Below are positions 51,260 through 61,488 of a stretch of DNA of 64,000 nucleotides, piece after piece. Both the position numbers and the translations under genes were made by a program. The notes below the pieces were generated by a model. It was given only the letters and a program-made list of their open reading frames with translations. It was not told the DNA's origin and searched no databases. The DNA lies in IMG/VR virus record IMGVR_UViG_3300045988_168437. One strand, given 5' to 3'. Position 1 is the stretch's first letter. Each line of letters opens with the position of its first letter. The stretch comes from a virus.

Positions 51260-52054
51260 ATGGGATTATTTAACAAATTGTTTGGAAAACAAGAAAACAA
51301 AGAAGAATCTTTGAAAGTGGGAACACAAAATATAACGCCACAAGGTATTACAGATGTTGAATTTAAAATGCCAGATAGCACTGAACAAATGAGAAAAATC
51401 AATCTTAGAAAAGAAACTTTAAATAAGGTATGCTTAACTAAAGAGCCTTTGAATAACTTAACAGCAAGAGTTGTTGTAGCACTTGACTATTCTGGCTCAA
51501 TGAGAAGTTTATACAAAAATGGAGCAGTACAAGATGTTTTGAATAGATTATTACCTTTAGGATTAAAATTTGATGATAACGGAGAAGTTGAGCTACATTT
51601 ATTTTCAAATAAATCTTGGCAAATTCCTTCATTAAATATAAACAATTTTTACAATTATATAAATAAGAATAAAATTTTAAAAAAATACGAAATGGGCGGA
51701 ACTAATTATGCTCCTGTCATGGAATCAATAATTAAAGAACATTCGTCACATAAAGACAAAGTACCAACTTTTGTTATTTTTATTACAGATGGAGATGCAT
51801 GGGATAAGCCTAAATCAGAAAAAGTTATTAAAGATGCATCAAAATTAGGAATCTTTTGGCAGTTTGTTGGAATTGGATATGAAGATTTTGATTTCTTAGA
51901 AAAACTAGATGACATGACTGGAAGAGTTGTTGATAATGCAGATTTTTTAAATGTAAATAAAATAGCAAACCTATCTGATGAAGAACTATATGCTAAATTA
52001 TTAGGAGAATTTCCAAACTGGATTCAAGCTGCTAAAAATAAAAACATAATTTAA
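51260..52054 (+). CDS. vWA-domain protein (TerF/TerY-like)
   Basis: VVALDYSGSM (MIDAS DxSxS) and VIFITDGD. Confidence 0.65.
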   Translation: MGLFNKLFGKQENKEESLKVGTQNITPQGITDVEFKMPDSTEQMRKINLRKETLNKVCLTKEPLNNLTARVVVALDYSGSMRSLYKNGAVQDVLNRLLPLGLKFDDNGEVELHLFSNKSWQIPSLNINNFYNYINKNKILKKYEMGGTNYAPVMESIIKEHSSHKDKVPTFVIFITDGDAWDKPKSEKVIKDASKLGIFWQFVGIGYEDFDFLEKLDDMTGRVVDNADFLNVNKIANLSDEELYAKLLGEFPNWIQAAKNKNII

Positions 52055-52061
52055 CAGACGG

Positions 52062-52090
52062 TGAGAGAGTAATTTACTCTCTCATTTTAC
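52062..52090 (+). terminator. rho-independent terminator
   Basis: TGAGAGAGT-AATTT-ACTCTCTCA followed by TTTTAC. Confidence 0.6.
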
Positions 52091-52108
52091 TAGAAAGGAA
52101 TAATTTTT

Positions 52109-52876
52109 ATGAGCAAAAAAATAGATAGGACAGGAGAAGAAAGACATAATAATTTTGGAAGCAAAATGATTATAAAGGAATACAGAAACAATATGGATAT
52201 AGATGTATATTTCCCAGAATATAATTACACAAAATATAATGTTAAATATAAACCATTCCAAACAGGGCAAATTCGCTGCCCTTATGAAAAGAGAGCATAC
52301 GGAAAAGGATATTTAGGGGAAGGAAAATATCCAACAAAGATAAACAAAAAAAGAACAAAACCATATCTCAAATGGACTCAAATGTTATTAAGATGTTACG
52401 ATGAAAATTATAAGAAAAAACAAAAAACATACGAAAACTGTAAAGTTTGTGACGAATGGTTAAATTTCCAAAATTTTGCAGAATGGTATGAAGAAAATTA
52501 TTATGAGATAAAAGGACAAAATATGCAATTAGATAAGGATATATTAATTAAAGGGAATAAAATATATAGTCCTAAAACATGTGTATTCGTTCCCCAAGAT
52601 ATAAATCTTCTTTTTGTTAAGAGAGAAACATGTAGAGGAGATTTACCGATTGGAGTACATTGCGATAAAACTAAAAAGAAAGTATTTATATCTAGCATTG
52701 GAATAAACAATAACACTATTTCTTTAGGAAGATATAAAACTCCAGAAGAAGCATTTGTGGCATATAAAGAATATAAAGAAAAAATAATTAAGGAATTTGC
52801 CAATAAATATAAAACTCAAATACCACAAAAACTTTATGATGCTATGTATCAATACGAAGTAGAAATAACAGATTAA
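52109..52876 (+). CDS. homing-endonuclease-like protein with AP2-type DNA-binding domain
   Basis: VCDEWLNFQNFAEWY and SLGRYKTPEEAFVAYKEYKEK patterns are typical of phage Mob/AP2 free-standing endonucleases (from memory). Confidence 0.45.
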   Translation: MSKKIDRTGEERHNNFGSKMIIKEYRNNMDIDVYFPEYNYTKYNVKYKPFQTGQIRCPYEKRAYGKGYLGEGKYPTKINKKRTKPYLKWTQMLLRCYDENYKKKQKTYENCKVCDEWLNFQNFAEWYEENYYEIKGQNMQLDKDILIKGNKIYSPKTCVFVPQDINLLFVKRETCRGDLPIGVHCDKTKKKVFISSIGINNNTISLGRYKTPEEAFVAYKEYKEKIIKEFANKYKTQIPQKLYDAMYQYEVEITD

Positions 52877-52887
52877 GGAGCGATTTT

Positions 52888-55800
52888 ATGAAAACATATG
52901 TTAATTATCACAAACATAGTTATTACTCAAATGCTTTTGTGCAAGATTCAACTGTATCTGTAGAACAATATTTAGAAAGAATTGCAGAATTAGGGCATAA
53001 AGCATATTCGACAGTAGAACATGGATACATGGGAATGTTTTACAATCATTACTTAGAAGTAGAAAAATTTAATAAAAAAAGAATTGATAGAGGTTTAGAG
53101 CCTATAAAAATAATTGCAGGATGTGAGGCATATTGGGTTCAAAATCGTTTCGAAAAAGATAAGGCAAATGGACATATAGTTCTTTTGGCTAGAAATAATA
53201 ACGGAAGAAAAGCCATAAATAGAATTACAAGTCAGGCGAATAAAGACGGATACTATTATAAGCCTAGAGTTGATTTAGAACTTCTTATGACCCTTCCTCC
53301 AAATGATGTAATGATAACAACGGCTTGCATCGCTTTTAATAGATATGAAGACATAGATGATATAATACTTATGTTAAATGATAGATTTCCACATTTTTAT
53401 TTAGAAGTTCAAGCACATAATGTAGAAACTCAAAAGAAATGGAATCAACACCTTTTAGATTTAAGCTATGAGTATGATTTAAAAATAATTGCAGGGTGCG
53501 ATTCTCATATGATAAATAAAAGTCAAGAGATTGAAAGAGATAATTATTTAAAAAGTTATAAAATATCATATGAAGAAGAAAGTGGTTGGGATTTAACATA
53601 TCCAGACTACGATACTTTGTTTAAAAATTTTCAAAGACAAGGAGTTTTATCGGACGAAGAAATATCTATTGCTATAGATAACACGAATAAAATTTTGGAT
53701 TTTGAAGATATAATATTAGATAAGAATTTGAAATTACCAAATGTATATCCTGATTTATCTCAAGAAGAAAGAAATATAAAGTTGAAAAATCTTGTATATG
53801 AAAATTGGGAAAAGGAAAAAATAAACATACCTCAAAAAGAATGGAAACATTATAAGGAACAAATTGAATATGAGTTATCTGAAATAATAGGTTGTCATAT
53901 GGCAGATTATTTCTTATTAAATGAAAAAATAGTTGGATTAGGAATTAAGAAATATGGGGGAATTTTAACTCATAGTTCAAGAGGTTCTGCTGGTGGATGT
54001 TATATAGGCAAACTGTTAGGATTTACAAATATAGATAGAATAAATGCCCCAGTTCCTCTGATATTTGAAAGATTCCTTACAAAAGACAGAATATTAAAAA
54101 GTAAAAGTCTAGTAGATATAGATTGGAATGTTGCAGACAGACAACCATTTATAATGGCTCAAAAAGAGTTATTAGGAGAAAAAAGTTCATATGATTTATT
54201 AGCATTTGGAACATTAAAAACAAAAGCTGCTTTTAAACTCTATTGTAGAGCTTGTAATGTAAACCCAGAAGAGGCCAATGAAGTTTCTAAACAAATTGAA
54301 AAGTACGAAGAAAAACTTAAATATGCAGAACGAGACGATACAGGAGAATTATTAGAAGAAATTAATATTGAAGACTTTGTTGAACCTAAGTATTCTTATT
54401 TAATAGAAGAAAGTAAAAAATATCTTGGGATAAAAACAAATGCGAGACCACACCCTTGTGGGTTTTGTACGACTTCAATCAATTTAGAGGAAGAAATTGG
54501 AATTATAAAAGTTAAATCAGAGGCTACGAGAAATGAGGTTTTATGCGTCTGTATAGAAAGTGGAGATATGGATGCATTTCAATTTGTAAAAGAAGATTTC
54601 TTAAAAGTTGAAGTGGTAAAAACAACAAATGAAATATACAAAAGAATAGGAATCTCACAACCTTCTGTTTCAGAATTATTAAATATTGTAAAAAACAATG
54701 ATAAAGTTTGGAATATCTATGCAAAGGGATTAACATTAGGAATTAATCAAGTAGAACAAGAGGGAAGTAGAAATAAATGTAAAAAATATAAACCTAAGAA
54801 TATCGTAGAATTAACAGCTTTTGTTGCTGCGATTAGACCATCGTTTAAGTCTTTAGTAAAACAATTTATATCAAGAAAATCTTTTGAGTATGGAATAAAA
54901 GAATTGGACGAACTTTTACAAACAAAAGAAATGCCATATTCCTATATCTTCTATCAAGAACAATTAATGAAAATACTCGAATTTGCAGGATTTCCAATGA
55001 AGGAAACATATGACATTATCAAAATGATTAGTAAGAAAAAAACTTATTGTGCAAATTGTGGAACTATAGGTAACGATGGAATGACAATTTGTCCTTCTTG
55101 TAAGGGACGAGTAATAAAACCTTTAGTTGATAAATATAAGGAACAATTCGTAGAAGGATTTATTAAGAGAACTGGAGAAGGTAATTCGGACATGGCCCTT
55201 AAAGTATATCAAATAGTTGTTGATTTTGCTAAATATGGATTTAACTGTTCGCATAGCTATGCGATGGCTTTAGATTCAGTAGAACAAGCATATTTAAAAG
55301 CATATTATTCAGGAGAATTTTATGAGGTAATGTTAAGAACATATACTGAAAAAGGAGAAAAAGATAAAGTAAGCGCCTTTAAACAAGAAATGAAAAACTT
55401 TGGCATCAAATTAGGTAAAATAGCTTTTGGAGAAAATAATTATGAGTTTAAATACATTCCTGAAAAGAATGAAATAACTCAAAATATAACTTCTTTTAAA
55501 AATATAAATCAACAATGTGCGATAGAGTTATATAAACTTTCTCAAGCTAAACGCTATAATAATTTTTTAGAATTATTAAAAGATATAAAAGAAAAAACTT
55601 CAATCTCAAAAAGACAATTAGACCCACTTATAGATATGGGATATTTTGCAGAATTTGGAAACACACAATATATTAGAAAATGTTATGAAGTATTTGAAAT
55701 GTTTTATAAAAAAGTACAATTTAGTAATACAAATCCATATTCTTATATTATTGAAAAATACGCTAATAAAAAAACTCTTAAGCAATACAGAGAAGTAGAT

Positions 55801-56160
55801 ACAGATAAAGTAATGTTAGATATCATGAGTAACTATGATAAAGCTGTGAGCGACATTGAAAAGGTTATATACGATTTTAAAAAATACAATGAAACAAGTC
55901 ACATAACAGAAAATAAATATTATGTCGTTATGGATTTAGATACAAAATATTCTCCAAAACTTACTTTGTATAATACTAAAAATAAAAACAAACAGGTAGT
56001 AAAAATAAGTAAAGCTTTGTTTAATAAAATACCATTGTCAGAGTATGATGCAATTAAAATAAAAAAAGTAGTTCCAAAACCTAGAAAGAAAAAAATTGAC
56101 GGAGAATGGACTAATTTATCTGTAACAGATTATTGGATAATAGACTATGAAAAAGTATAG
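52888..56160 (+). CDS. dnaE: DNA polymerase III alpha subunit (DnaE-type, PHP domain)
   Basis: N-terminal PHP motifs (NYHKHSYYS, VEHG, GCDSH) and SRGSAGG. 1090 aa with an inserted CxxC...CxxC ribbon. Confidence 0.85.
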   Translation: MKTYVNYHKHSYYSNAFVQDSTVSVEQYLERIAELGHKAYSTVEHGYMGMFYNHYLEVEKFNKKRIDRGLEPIKIIAGCEAYWVQNRFEKDKANGHIVLLARNNNGRKAINRITSQANKDGYYYKPRVDLELLMTLPPNDVMITTACIAFNRYEDIDDIILMLNDRFPHFYLEVQAHNVETQKKWNQHLLDLSYEYDLKIIAGCDSHMINKSQEIERDNYLKSYKISYEEESGWDLTYPDYDTLFKNFQRQGVLSDEEISIAIDNTNKILDFEDIILDKNLKLPNVYPDLSQEERNIKLKNLVYENWEKEKINIPQKEWKHYKEQIEYELSEIIGCHMADYFLLNEKIVGLGIKKYGGILTHSSRGSAGGCYIGKLLGFTNIDRINAPVPLIFERFLTKDRILKSKSLVDIDWNVADRQPFIMAQKELLGEKSSYDLLAFGTLKTKAAFKLYCRACNVNPEEANEVSKQIEKYEEKLKYAERDDTGELLEEINIEDFVEPKYSYLIEESKKYLGIKTNARPHPCGFCTTSINLEEEIGIIKVKSEATRNEVLCVCIESGDMDAFQFVKEDFLKVEVVKTTNEIYKRIGISQPSVSELLNIVKNNDKVWNIYAKGLTLGINQVEQEGSRNKCKKYKPKNIVELTAFVAAIRPSFKSLVKQFISRKSFEYGIKELDELLQTKEMPYSYIFYQEQLMKILEFAGFPMKETYDIIKMISKKKTYCANCGTIGNDGMTICPSCKGRVIKPLVDKYKEQFVEGFIKRTGEGNSDMALKVYQIVVDFAKYGFNCSHSYAMALDSVEQAYLKAYYSGEFYEVMLRTYTEKGEKDKVSAFKQEMKNFGIKLGKIAFGENNYEFKYIPEKNEITQNITSFKNINQQCAIELYKLSQAKRYNNFLELLKDIKEKTSISKRQLDPLIDMGYFAEFGNTQYIRKCYEVFEMFYKKVQFSNTNPYSYIIEKYANKKTLKQYREVDTDKVMLDIMSNYDKAVSDIEKVIYDFKKYNETSHITENKYYVVMDLDTKYSPKLTLYNTKNKNKQVVKISKALFNKIPLSEYDAIKIKKVVPKPRKKKIDGEWTNLSVTDYWIIDYEKV

Positions 56161-56169
56161 TTTTCTTAG

Positions 56170-56198
56170 TTGACATACCGAAATAAAAATACTATAAT
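56170..56198 (+). promoter_or_regulatory. sigma-70-type promoter
   Basis: TAGTTGACA, 17 nt spacer, TATAAT. Confidence 0.7.
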
Positions 56199-56232
56199 TA
56201 ACTTATAAAATACATAAGCAAATAAATAATTA

Positions 56233-56308
56233 ATATGCCACCTATTAATGCAGAATGTGTTTTAATTAGGGTAATATGTTTTATTTTTCTTGTGATTAGG
56301 TGGCATAT
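56233..56308 (+). promoter_or_regulatory. 12-bp long-range inverted repeat in the leader RNA
   Basis: ATATGCCACCTA (56233-44) pairs with TAGGTGGCATAT (56297-308). The pair encloses 52 nt and ends next to the SD. Confidence 0.5.
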
Positions 56309-56321
56309 GGAAAGGATGTAA

Positions 56322-56576
56322 ATGACAAAAGAAAAACCTATAAGAGTTCTTTTTGGAAATGAAAGTGGTAGAATCCTCGTAGATAAAGACTACTTAGAAA
56401 TTGAAAATGGATTATATAAAGTTTCTTCAAATGCAGAAGATGTAACAGGTGATGCAATATTTGCAGTCGCCAAATTCTTAGAACAAGGAAAATGGAAATT
56501 TGAATTTGAAGAAGACGGGAAAATCTATCAGTTGAAATTAAAGACAAAGAAAAAAATCAGAAAGAGAAATGATTAG
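56322..56576 (+). CDS. hypothetical protein
   Basis: ORF track. Confidence 0.6.
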   Translation: MTKEKPIRVLFGNESGRILVDKDYLEIENGLYKVSSNAEDVTGDAIFAVAKFLEQGKWKFEFEEDGKIYQLKLKTKKKIRKRND

Positions 56577-56578
56577 AC

Positions 56579-58036
56579 ATGAAAAAGAAAAACAACGATG
56601 TTATCATTGAGTTTTTAGGGACCAGTAGAGACGAAGTTACTGGCTCATGTGTGCTAGTTTCATATGTAAATTCAGATAACGAAAGGGAAAATATCCTAAT
56701 CGAATGTGGAATGAATCAGGGGTGTCCTACTATATTATCTGACTATAATACAAATAAAAGAATGGTTGAGAAAGTTCCGTTTTCAAACATTAAATATATA
56801 TTTGTTAATCATGTCCATGTAGACCATATAGGAAACCTTCCTACTGCCTTCAACAGAGGATTTACAGGAGAGGTAATAACAACAGAAGACAATAGAGAAT
56901 TAATGATTCCCTTACTTAATGACACATATACAATACATTTAAAAAATGTAAAAAAAATAAATGAAAAAGGAAAGAATTTAGATTTACTCTTTAATAAAAT
57001 AGATGTACATACTGCTATTCATAAAACTAGAATCTTTGAAAAAAATATTATTCATAAATTAAATGAAACTCTTTCTTTTAGATTCTTGCCAAATAATCAT
57101 TGCGTAGGAGCTTGTCAATTAGAATTGTTTATTAAGAAACCAAGTGGGAAAATTGCTAAAATATTTTATTCATCAGATTTAGGCTCTAATTACAATTCTA
57201 AGTACTCTCCTTTCTTGGATGATATAGTATATTCAACTACTTCTGACATAGCTATATTCGAAGCGACATATGGCAATAAAGACAGAAATTTTGCTAAGAA
57301 AAACGTAATCAACGAAAGAAAAGATTTAATTACACAAATAAAAAAATATACTAGTATGAATCATCGAGTTTTAATACCTTCTTTTTCATTTAGTAGAAGT
57401 CAAATGCTTATGTCATTTTTATATGATAATTTAAAAGACGATAAAGATTTTGACAACATTTCAGTTATAGTCGATTCTAAACTATTAAATGACATTAATG
57501 GAGTTTATAGCAAAATACTTAAAGGAGAAAATAAAGAATATTGGGAACAGGTTTTAAGTTGGAGCAATTTTCATTTTGTTAAGGAATTTAAAGATACCGA
57601 AACCATTATTAAGAAGAAAGATATCCCAATGGTGATAATTTCAAGCGCTGGAATGTGTAATGCAGGGCATGTAGTAAGTTATGCTAAATCTATATTGCTA
57701 AATCCTAATGACTGCATGATATTTGTTGGTTATTGTGGCTTAAACACTTTAGGAAGTATGATTCAGAATAATAGACTAAATAGCGTTACAATAAACAGAG
57801 AAATATACGAAAAAAAATGCGATATCATTTCTTACAAAACTTTTTCTTCTCATATACAACAAGCAGAACTTATTGATTATATGAAAAAAATCAATACAGG
57901 AAAAATTTTATTGCATCATGGTAGTACTAGCAGTAAAGAGGAACTTAAATTAGCAGCTAAAGAAGAATTGTTCAAGGCAAATAAAACAACTCCTATTGAA
58001 ATAGTAACAAATAAGAACAAGGAGTTTAGAGTTTAA
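56579..58036 (+). CDS. MBL-fold beta-CASP nuclease (RNase J/CPSF-like)
   Basis: VNHVHVDHIGNLP (HxHxDH). Size and layout are consistent with the beta-CASP family. Confidence 0.65.
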   Translation: MKKKNNDVIIEFLGTSRDEVTGSCVLVSYVNSDNERENILIECGMNQGCPTILSDYNTNKRMVEKVPFSNIKYIFVNHVHVDHIGNLPTAFNRGFTGEVITTEDNRELMIPLLNDTYTIHLKNVKKINEKGKNLDLLFNKIDVHTAIHKTRIFEKNIIHKLNETLSFRFLPNNHCVGACQLELFIKKPSGKIAKIFYSSDLGSNYNSKYSPFLDDIVYSTTSDIAIFEATYGNKDRNFAKKNVINERKDLITQIKKYTSMNHRVLIPSFSFSRSQMLMSFLYDNLKDDKDFDNISVIVDSKLLNDINGVYSKILKGENKEYWEQVLSWSNFHFVKEFKDTETIIKKKDIPMVIISSAGMCNAGHVVSYAKSILLNPNDCMIFVGYCGLNTLGSMIQNNRLNSVTINREIYEKKCDIISYKTFSSHIQQAELIDYMKKINTGKILLHHGSTSSKEELKLAAKEELFKANKTTPIEIVTNKNKEFRV

Positions 58037-58239
58037 TGTATGACTTAGAATTTTATGACATTTTAGAACAAAGAAACGACTTATTACGAGAAGTCGAAGA
58101 ACTTAAAGATGAAATTCGTTTTCTTACAGAAGAAATAGAAGATTATCAAGAAGCTCTTGAACAACGGAATAACTTTAGAGACGAAATACAAAAAGAAAAA
58201 AAGTTTAAATCTCTTTACGAAAAAATAAAAGATTTCTAA
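58036..58239 (+). CDS. small coiled-coil protein
   Basis: ORF track; the ATG overlaps the upstream stop. Confidence 0.55.
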   Translation: MYDLEFYDILEQRNDLLREVEELKDEIRFLTEEIEDYQEALEQRNNFRDEIQKEKKFKSLYEKIKDF

Positions 58240-58248
58240 GGAGAAACT

Positions 58249-58407
58249 ATGGAAAGCAAAATAAAGACTTATATTGGAGAAGATATAAGATTTAAAAATA
58301 AAAAAGTAACAATAAAATCAACTAGAGGAAATAAAAAACGTATATTTATTAATGATGAAATATATGGGAAAATTTATGCAACAGTTGATAAAAAATATTT
58401 GAAATAG
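58249..58407 (+). CDS. small basic protein (52 aa, below the cutoff)
   Basis: ATG follows TAAGGAGAAACT. Reads MESKIKTYIGEDIRFKNKKVTIKSTRGNKKR... Confidence 0.45.
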   Translation: MESKIKTYIGEDIRFKNKKVTIKSTRGNKKRIFINDEIYGKIYATVDKKYLK

Positions 58408-58415
58408 GAGAAAAT

Positions 58416-58898
58416 ATGAGCTTTGACAAAGACATTATACTCGGAAACGTTGGAGAAGAATTAACTTTAAAATTACTTAAACAAGATAAAACTATAACAA
58501 AAATTAAAGATGTTAGGACAGAGAGAAAATTTCAAAAATGGGATATTGATTTTATTATATATAAAGGAGATAAAAAAATAAAACTAGAAGTCAAAACAGA
58601 CAGATTGGCTTTTGAAACAGGAAATATTATATATGAAAAATATAGTAATATAAAATACAATTCAATCGGTTGTTTTGAGAAGACTAGAGCAAATTATATT
58701 CTTTATTATATTTTATATACAAATGTTTTGTATATCATTAATGTATTAGAATTTAATTTTTGGGTTAATAGTCATAAACCTAATGAGTTAGAAGTTATTA
58801 GAATGGGCGATAATGCAATAGGTTATTTATTTTCATTAGAAGAATTAGAAGAACATTCTTTTATTGAGAAAGTATATTTAAGGGAGCGATTGATATGA
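58416..58898 (+). CDS. PD-(D/E)xK-like nuclease-fold protein
   Basis: WDIDFIIYKGDKKIKLEVKTD (D...E.K). Confidence 0.4.
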   Translation: MSFDKDIILGNVGEELTLKLLKQDKTITKIKDVRTERKFQKWDIDFIIYKGDKKIKLEVKTDRLAFETGNIIYEKYSNIKYNSIGCFEKTRANYILYYILYTNVLYIINVLEFNFWVNSHKPNELEVIRMGDNAIGYLFSLEELEEHSFIEKVYLRERLI

Positions 58899-59215
58899 AT
58901 AATTGTGCAACATGTTCAATGAGAGTAAAGCCTTATATTTCAAAAGAAATTGACTCACAATTAATGGATAAAGGCTTTAAATTTGACAATGGAGCTATCT
59001 ATTATGATGATTCTGAAAACAATATTCATTTTACTATTTCAGTCTTTAGAAAAGATATAATAATAGGAAATGATTTAGACGATGGATATTCTGTACAATG
59101 TATAGTAGAAAAAGAAAAAATTACAAGTATTGATAAAATATTTGAAATATTTGAAACAATTAAAAAAAGCAAATTTAAATTAAAAGATGATTTTAATGAC
59201 GAAATTTTTAAATAG
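58895..59215 (+). CDS. hypothetical protein
   Basis: ORF track. Confidence 0.6.
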   Translation: MNNCATCSMRVKPYISKEIDSQLMDKGFKFDNGAIYYDDSENNIHFTISVFRKDIIIGNDLDDGYSVQCIVEKEKITSIDKIFEIFETIKKSKFKLKDDFNDEIFK

Positions 59216-59229
59216 GAAGAAGGAGTTAA

Positions 59230-61488
59230 ATGTTTGTAATAAAACGTAACAACAGTTTAGTAGATTTTGATTTAAATAAAATAAAGGTTGCTATTTCAAA
59301 AGCAATGAAAGAATGTGATAAATACGATAAAGCAGATTTAGATAAAGTCGTTGAAAAAATAGATAATGAAATATCGGATTGGAATAAAGAATACAACGAA
59401 GACTTAATTCATATTGAAGATATTCAAAATATAATCGAAAATCAATTAATGAAAAATGGCTTAACAGAAGTTGCTAAGGCTTATATTTTATATCGTGATA
59501 ATAGAAGAAAAATAAGAGATGAACAAGCTCATTTATACAAAGAATCTCAAGATAGAATTAAAGAAATTATAGAAATGAAAAATATAGAAAATGCAAATGC
59601 AAATGTAGACGAAGGTTCTTTTAGTGGTAAAAATGCCAAAATAACTTCTTATTTTTTAAAAGAATATGCATTAAATAATTTAATAGATAAAGAGGTAGCT
59701 AAAGCACATAGAGAAGGCAGATTATATACTCATGATTTAGATAGTTATTGTTGTGGACAGCATAATTGTTTGTTTATAGATTTTCAAGATTTATTTGACA
59801 ACAATAAAGGTTTTGAAACAAGAAATGGAGATGTAAGAAAGCCAAATGATATCATGACTTTCTTTCAACTCGTAGCAGTTGTATTTCAATGTGAGAGTCA
59901 AGTCCAATATGGAGGAGTTGGAGCAAATAAAATAGATTATGATGCTGCACCATATGTCGCAATAACTTTTAGAAAGACTTTCGTAGATGCCTTAGTTGAC
60001 TTAAGAGATATTACAGAACAAGAAGCTAAAAAAATAGTTGAATCAATTAAAGACAAAGTTAAATTAGAAAGCTCTTATTTGAAAGATTACTATCCAAAAG
60101 AATATGAAGTCGCAAAACGACATACTATAAAAAAAACAATGCAAGGAGCAGAAAGTCTTTATCATAACTTAAATACTCTCGAAAGTAGAGCTGGAAGCCA
60201 AGTTCCGTTTACATCTATAAACTTTGGAACAGATACTTCTCCAGAAGGACGATTAGTTTCTAAATCTTTATTACAAGCGAGTATAAACGGTATTGGAAAA
60301 TTTCATAGAACATCAATCTTTCCAATCTCAATATTTAAATATAAGAAAGGTATTAACGATAAAAAAGGAACTCCAAACTATGATTTAAAACTATTAGCTA
60401 TTGAAAGCTTAAGTAAAAGAATCTATCCTAATTTTTGTAATGTAGATATATCTTATCAGAAAGAAATAAATTGTCCAGATGACGAGTTTTCTACTATGGG
60501 ATGTAGAACAACAGTAGGTAAGGATATAAACGGATTAGGTTGGAGTAAAGGTGGCAGAGGAAACATTTCTCCAGTTACAATAAATTTAGTTGATATCGGT
60601 ATTAAAAATGGAATATGTTTAGGAGAAAGAAATAAAGCAGATATAGAAGGCTTTTGGAAAGACTTAGATGATATGCTTAAATTATCTGAAAAGGCTTTAT
60701 TAGATAGATACGAATGGATATGCTCTCAAAAAGCCAAAAGCGGATTCTTTTTACATCAAAATGGATTAATGAAAAACACAATAGGTAGAAAATTAAATTT
60801 AGAGGAAGATGTAAGAGAATCAATGAAACATGGAACGCTTGCAATTGGCTATATTGGTATAGCAGAAACAATGGTCGCTATGTTTGGAGAAACCCAAACT
60901 AATAATGATAAAATATATGATTTTGCATATAAAATCGTAGAAAGAATTTATAATTTCACAAAAGAGTGTACAGAAAGAAATTCATTGAACTTTAGTTGTT
61001 ATGCTACTCCTGCCGAAAACTGCTGTAAGACATTACGAAATGATTTAGTTAAAAGATATGGAGTAATAAAGGGAGTTACGGATAAAAAATATATTACAAA
61101 TTCACATCATATTCCAGTATATGATGAAATTACTATTAAAGATAAAATCGACAAAGAAGCTCCTTTTAGTAAATTAGCTACGGGCGGAAATATAATGTAT
61201 GTAGAATTAGAATCTAGCATGATAAATAATTTAAAAGCTATTGAAAAAATGATTGATTATGCTATGTCTAAAGATGTTTCATATTTCGCATTAAATTTCC
61301 CAATTGATACATGTATGAATTGTGGATATTCTTCTGAAATAAATGACAAATGCCCTCAATGTGGTAGTAAAGATATTGAAAGACTTAGACGCGTAACAGG
61401 TTACTTAACTACAGATTATAGAAAATTTAATGAAGGAAAAATAGAAGAAGTCCACGATAGAGTTAGACATTCATTAGGAGAGATGTAA
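59230..61488 (+). CDS. nrdD: anaerobic ribonucleoside-triphosphate reductase
   Basis: N-terminal ATP-cone, C-terminal CxxC...CxxC and the glycyl-radical motif RRVTGYL. Confidence 0.92.
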   Translation: MFVIKRNNSLVDFDLNKIKVAISKAMKECDKYDKADLDKVVEKIDNEISDWNKEYNEDLIHIEDIQNIIENQLMKNGLTEVAKAYILYRDNRRKIRDEQAHLYKESQDRIKEIIEMKNIENANANVDEGSFSGKNAKITSYFLKEYALNNLIDKEVAKAHREGRLYTHDLDSYCCGQHNCLFIDFQDLFDNNKGFETRNGDVRKPNDIMTFFQLVAVVFQCESQVQYGGVGANKIDYDAAPYVAITFRKTFVDALVDLRDITEQEAKKIVESIKDKVKLESSYLKDYYPKEYEVAKRHTIKKTMQGAESLYHNLNTLESRAGSQVPFTSINFGTDTSPEGRLVSKSLLQASINGIGKFHRTSIFPISIFKYKKGINDKKGTPNYDLKLLAIESLSKRIYPNFCNVDISYQKEINCPDDEFSTMGCRTTVGKDINGLGWSKGGRGNISPVTINLVDIGIKNGICLGERNKADIEGFWKDLDDMLKLSEKALLDRYEWICSQKAKSGFFLHQNGLMKNTIGRKLNLEEDVRESMKHGTLAIGYIGIAETMVAMFGETQTNNDKIYDFAYKIVERIYNFTKECTERNSLNFSCYATPAENCCKTLRNDLVKRYGVIKGVTDKKYITNSHHIPVYDEITIKDKIDKEAPFSKLATGGNIMYVELESSMINNLKAIEKMIDYAMSKDVSYFALNFPIDTCMNCGYSSEINDKCPQCGSKDIERLRRVTGYLTTDYRKFNEGKIEEVHDRVRHSLGEM

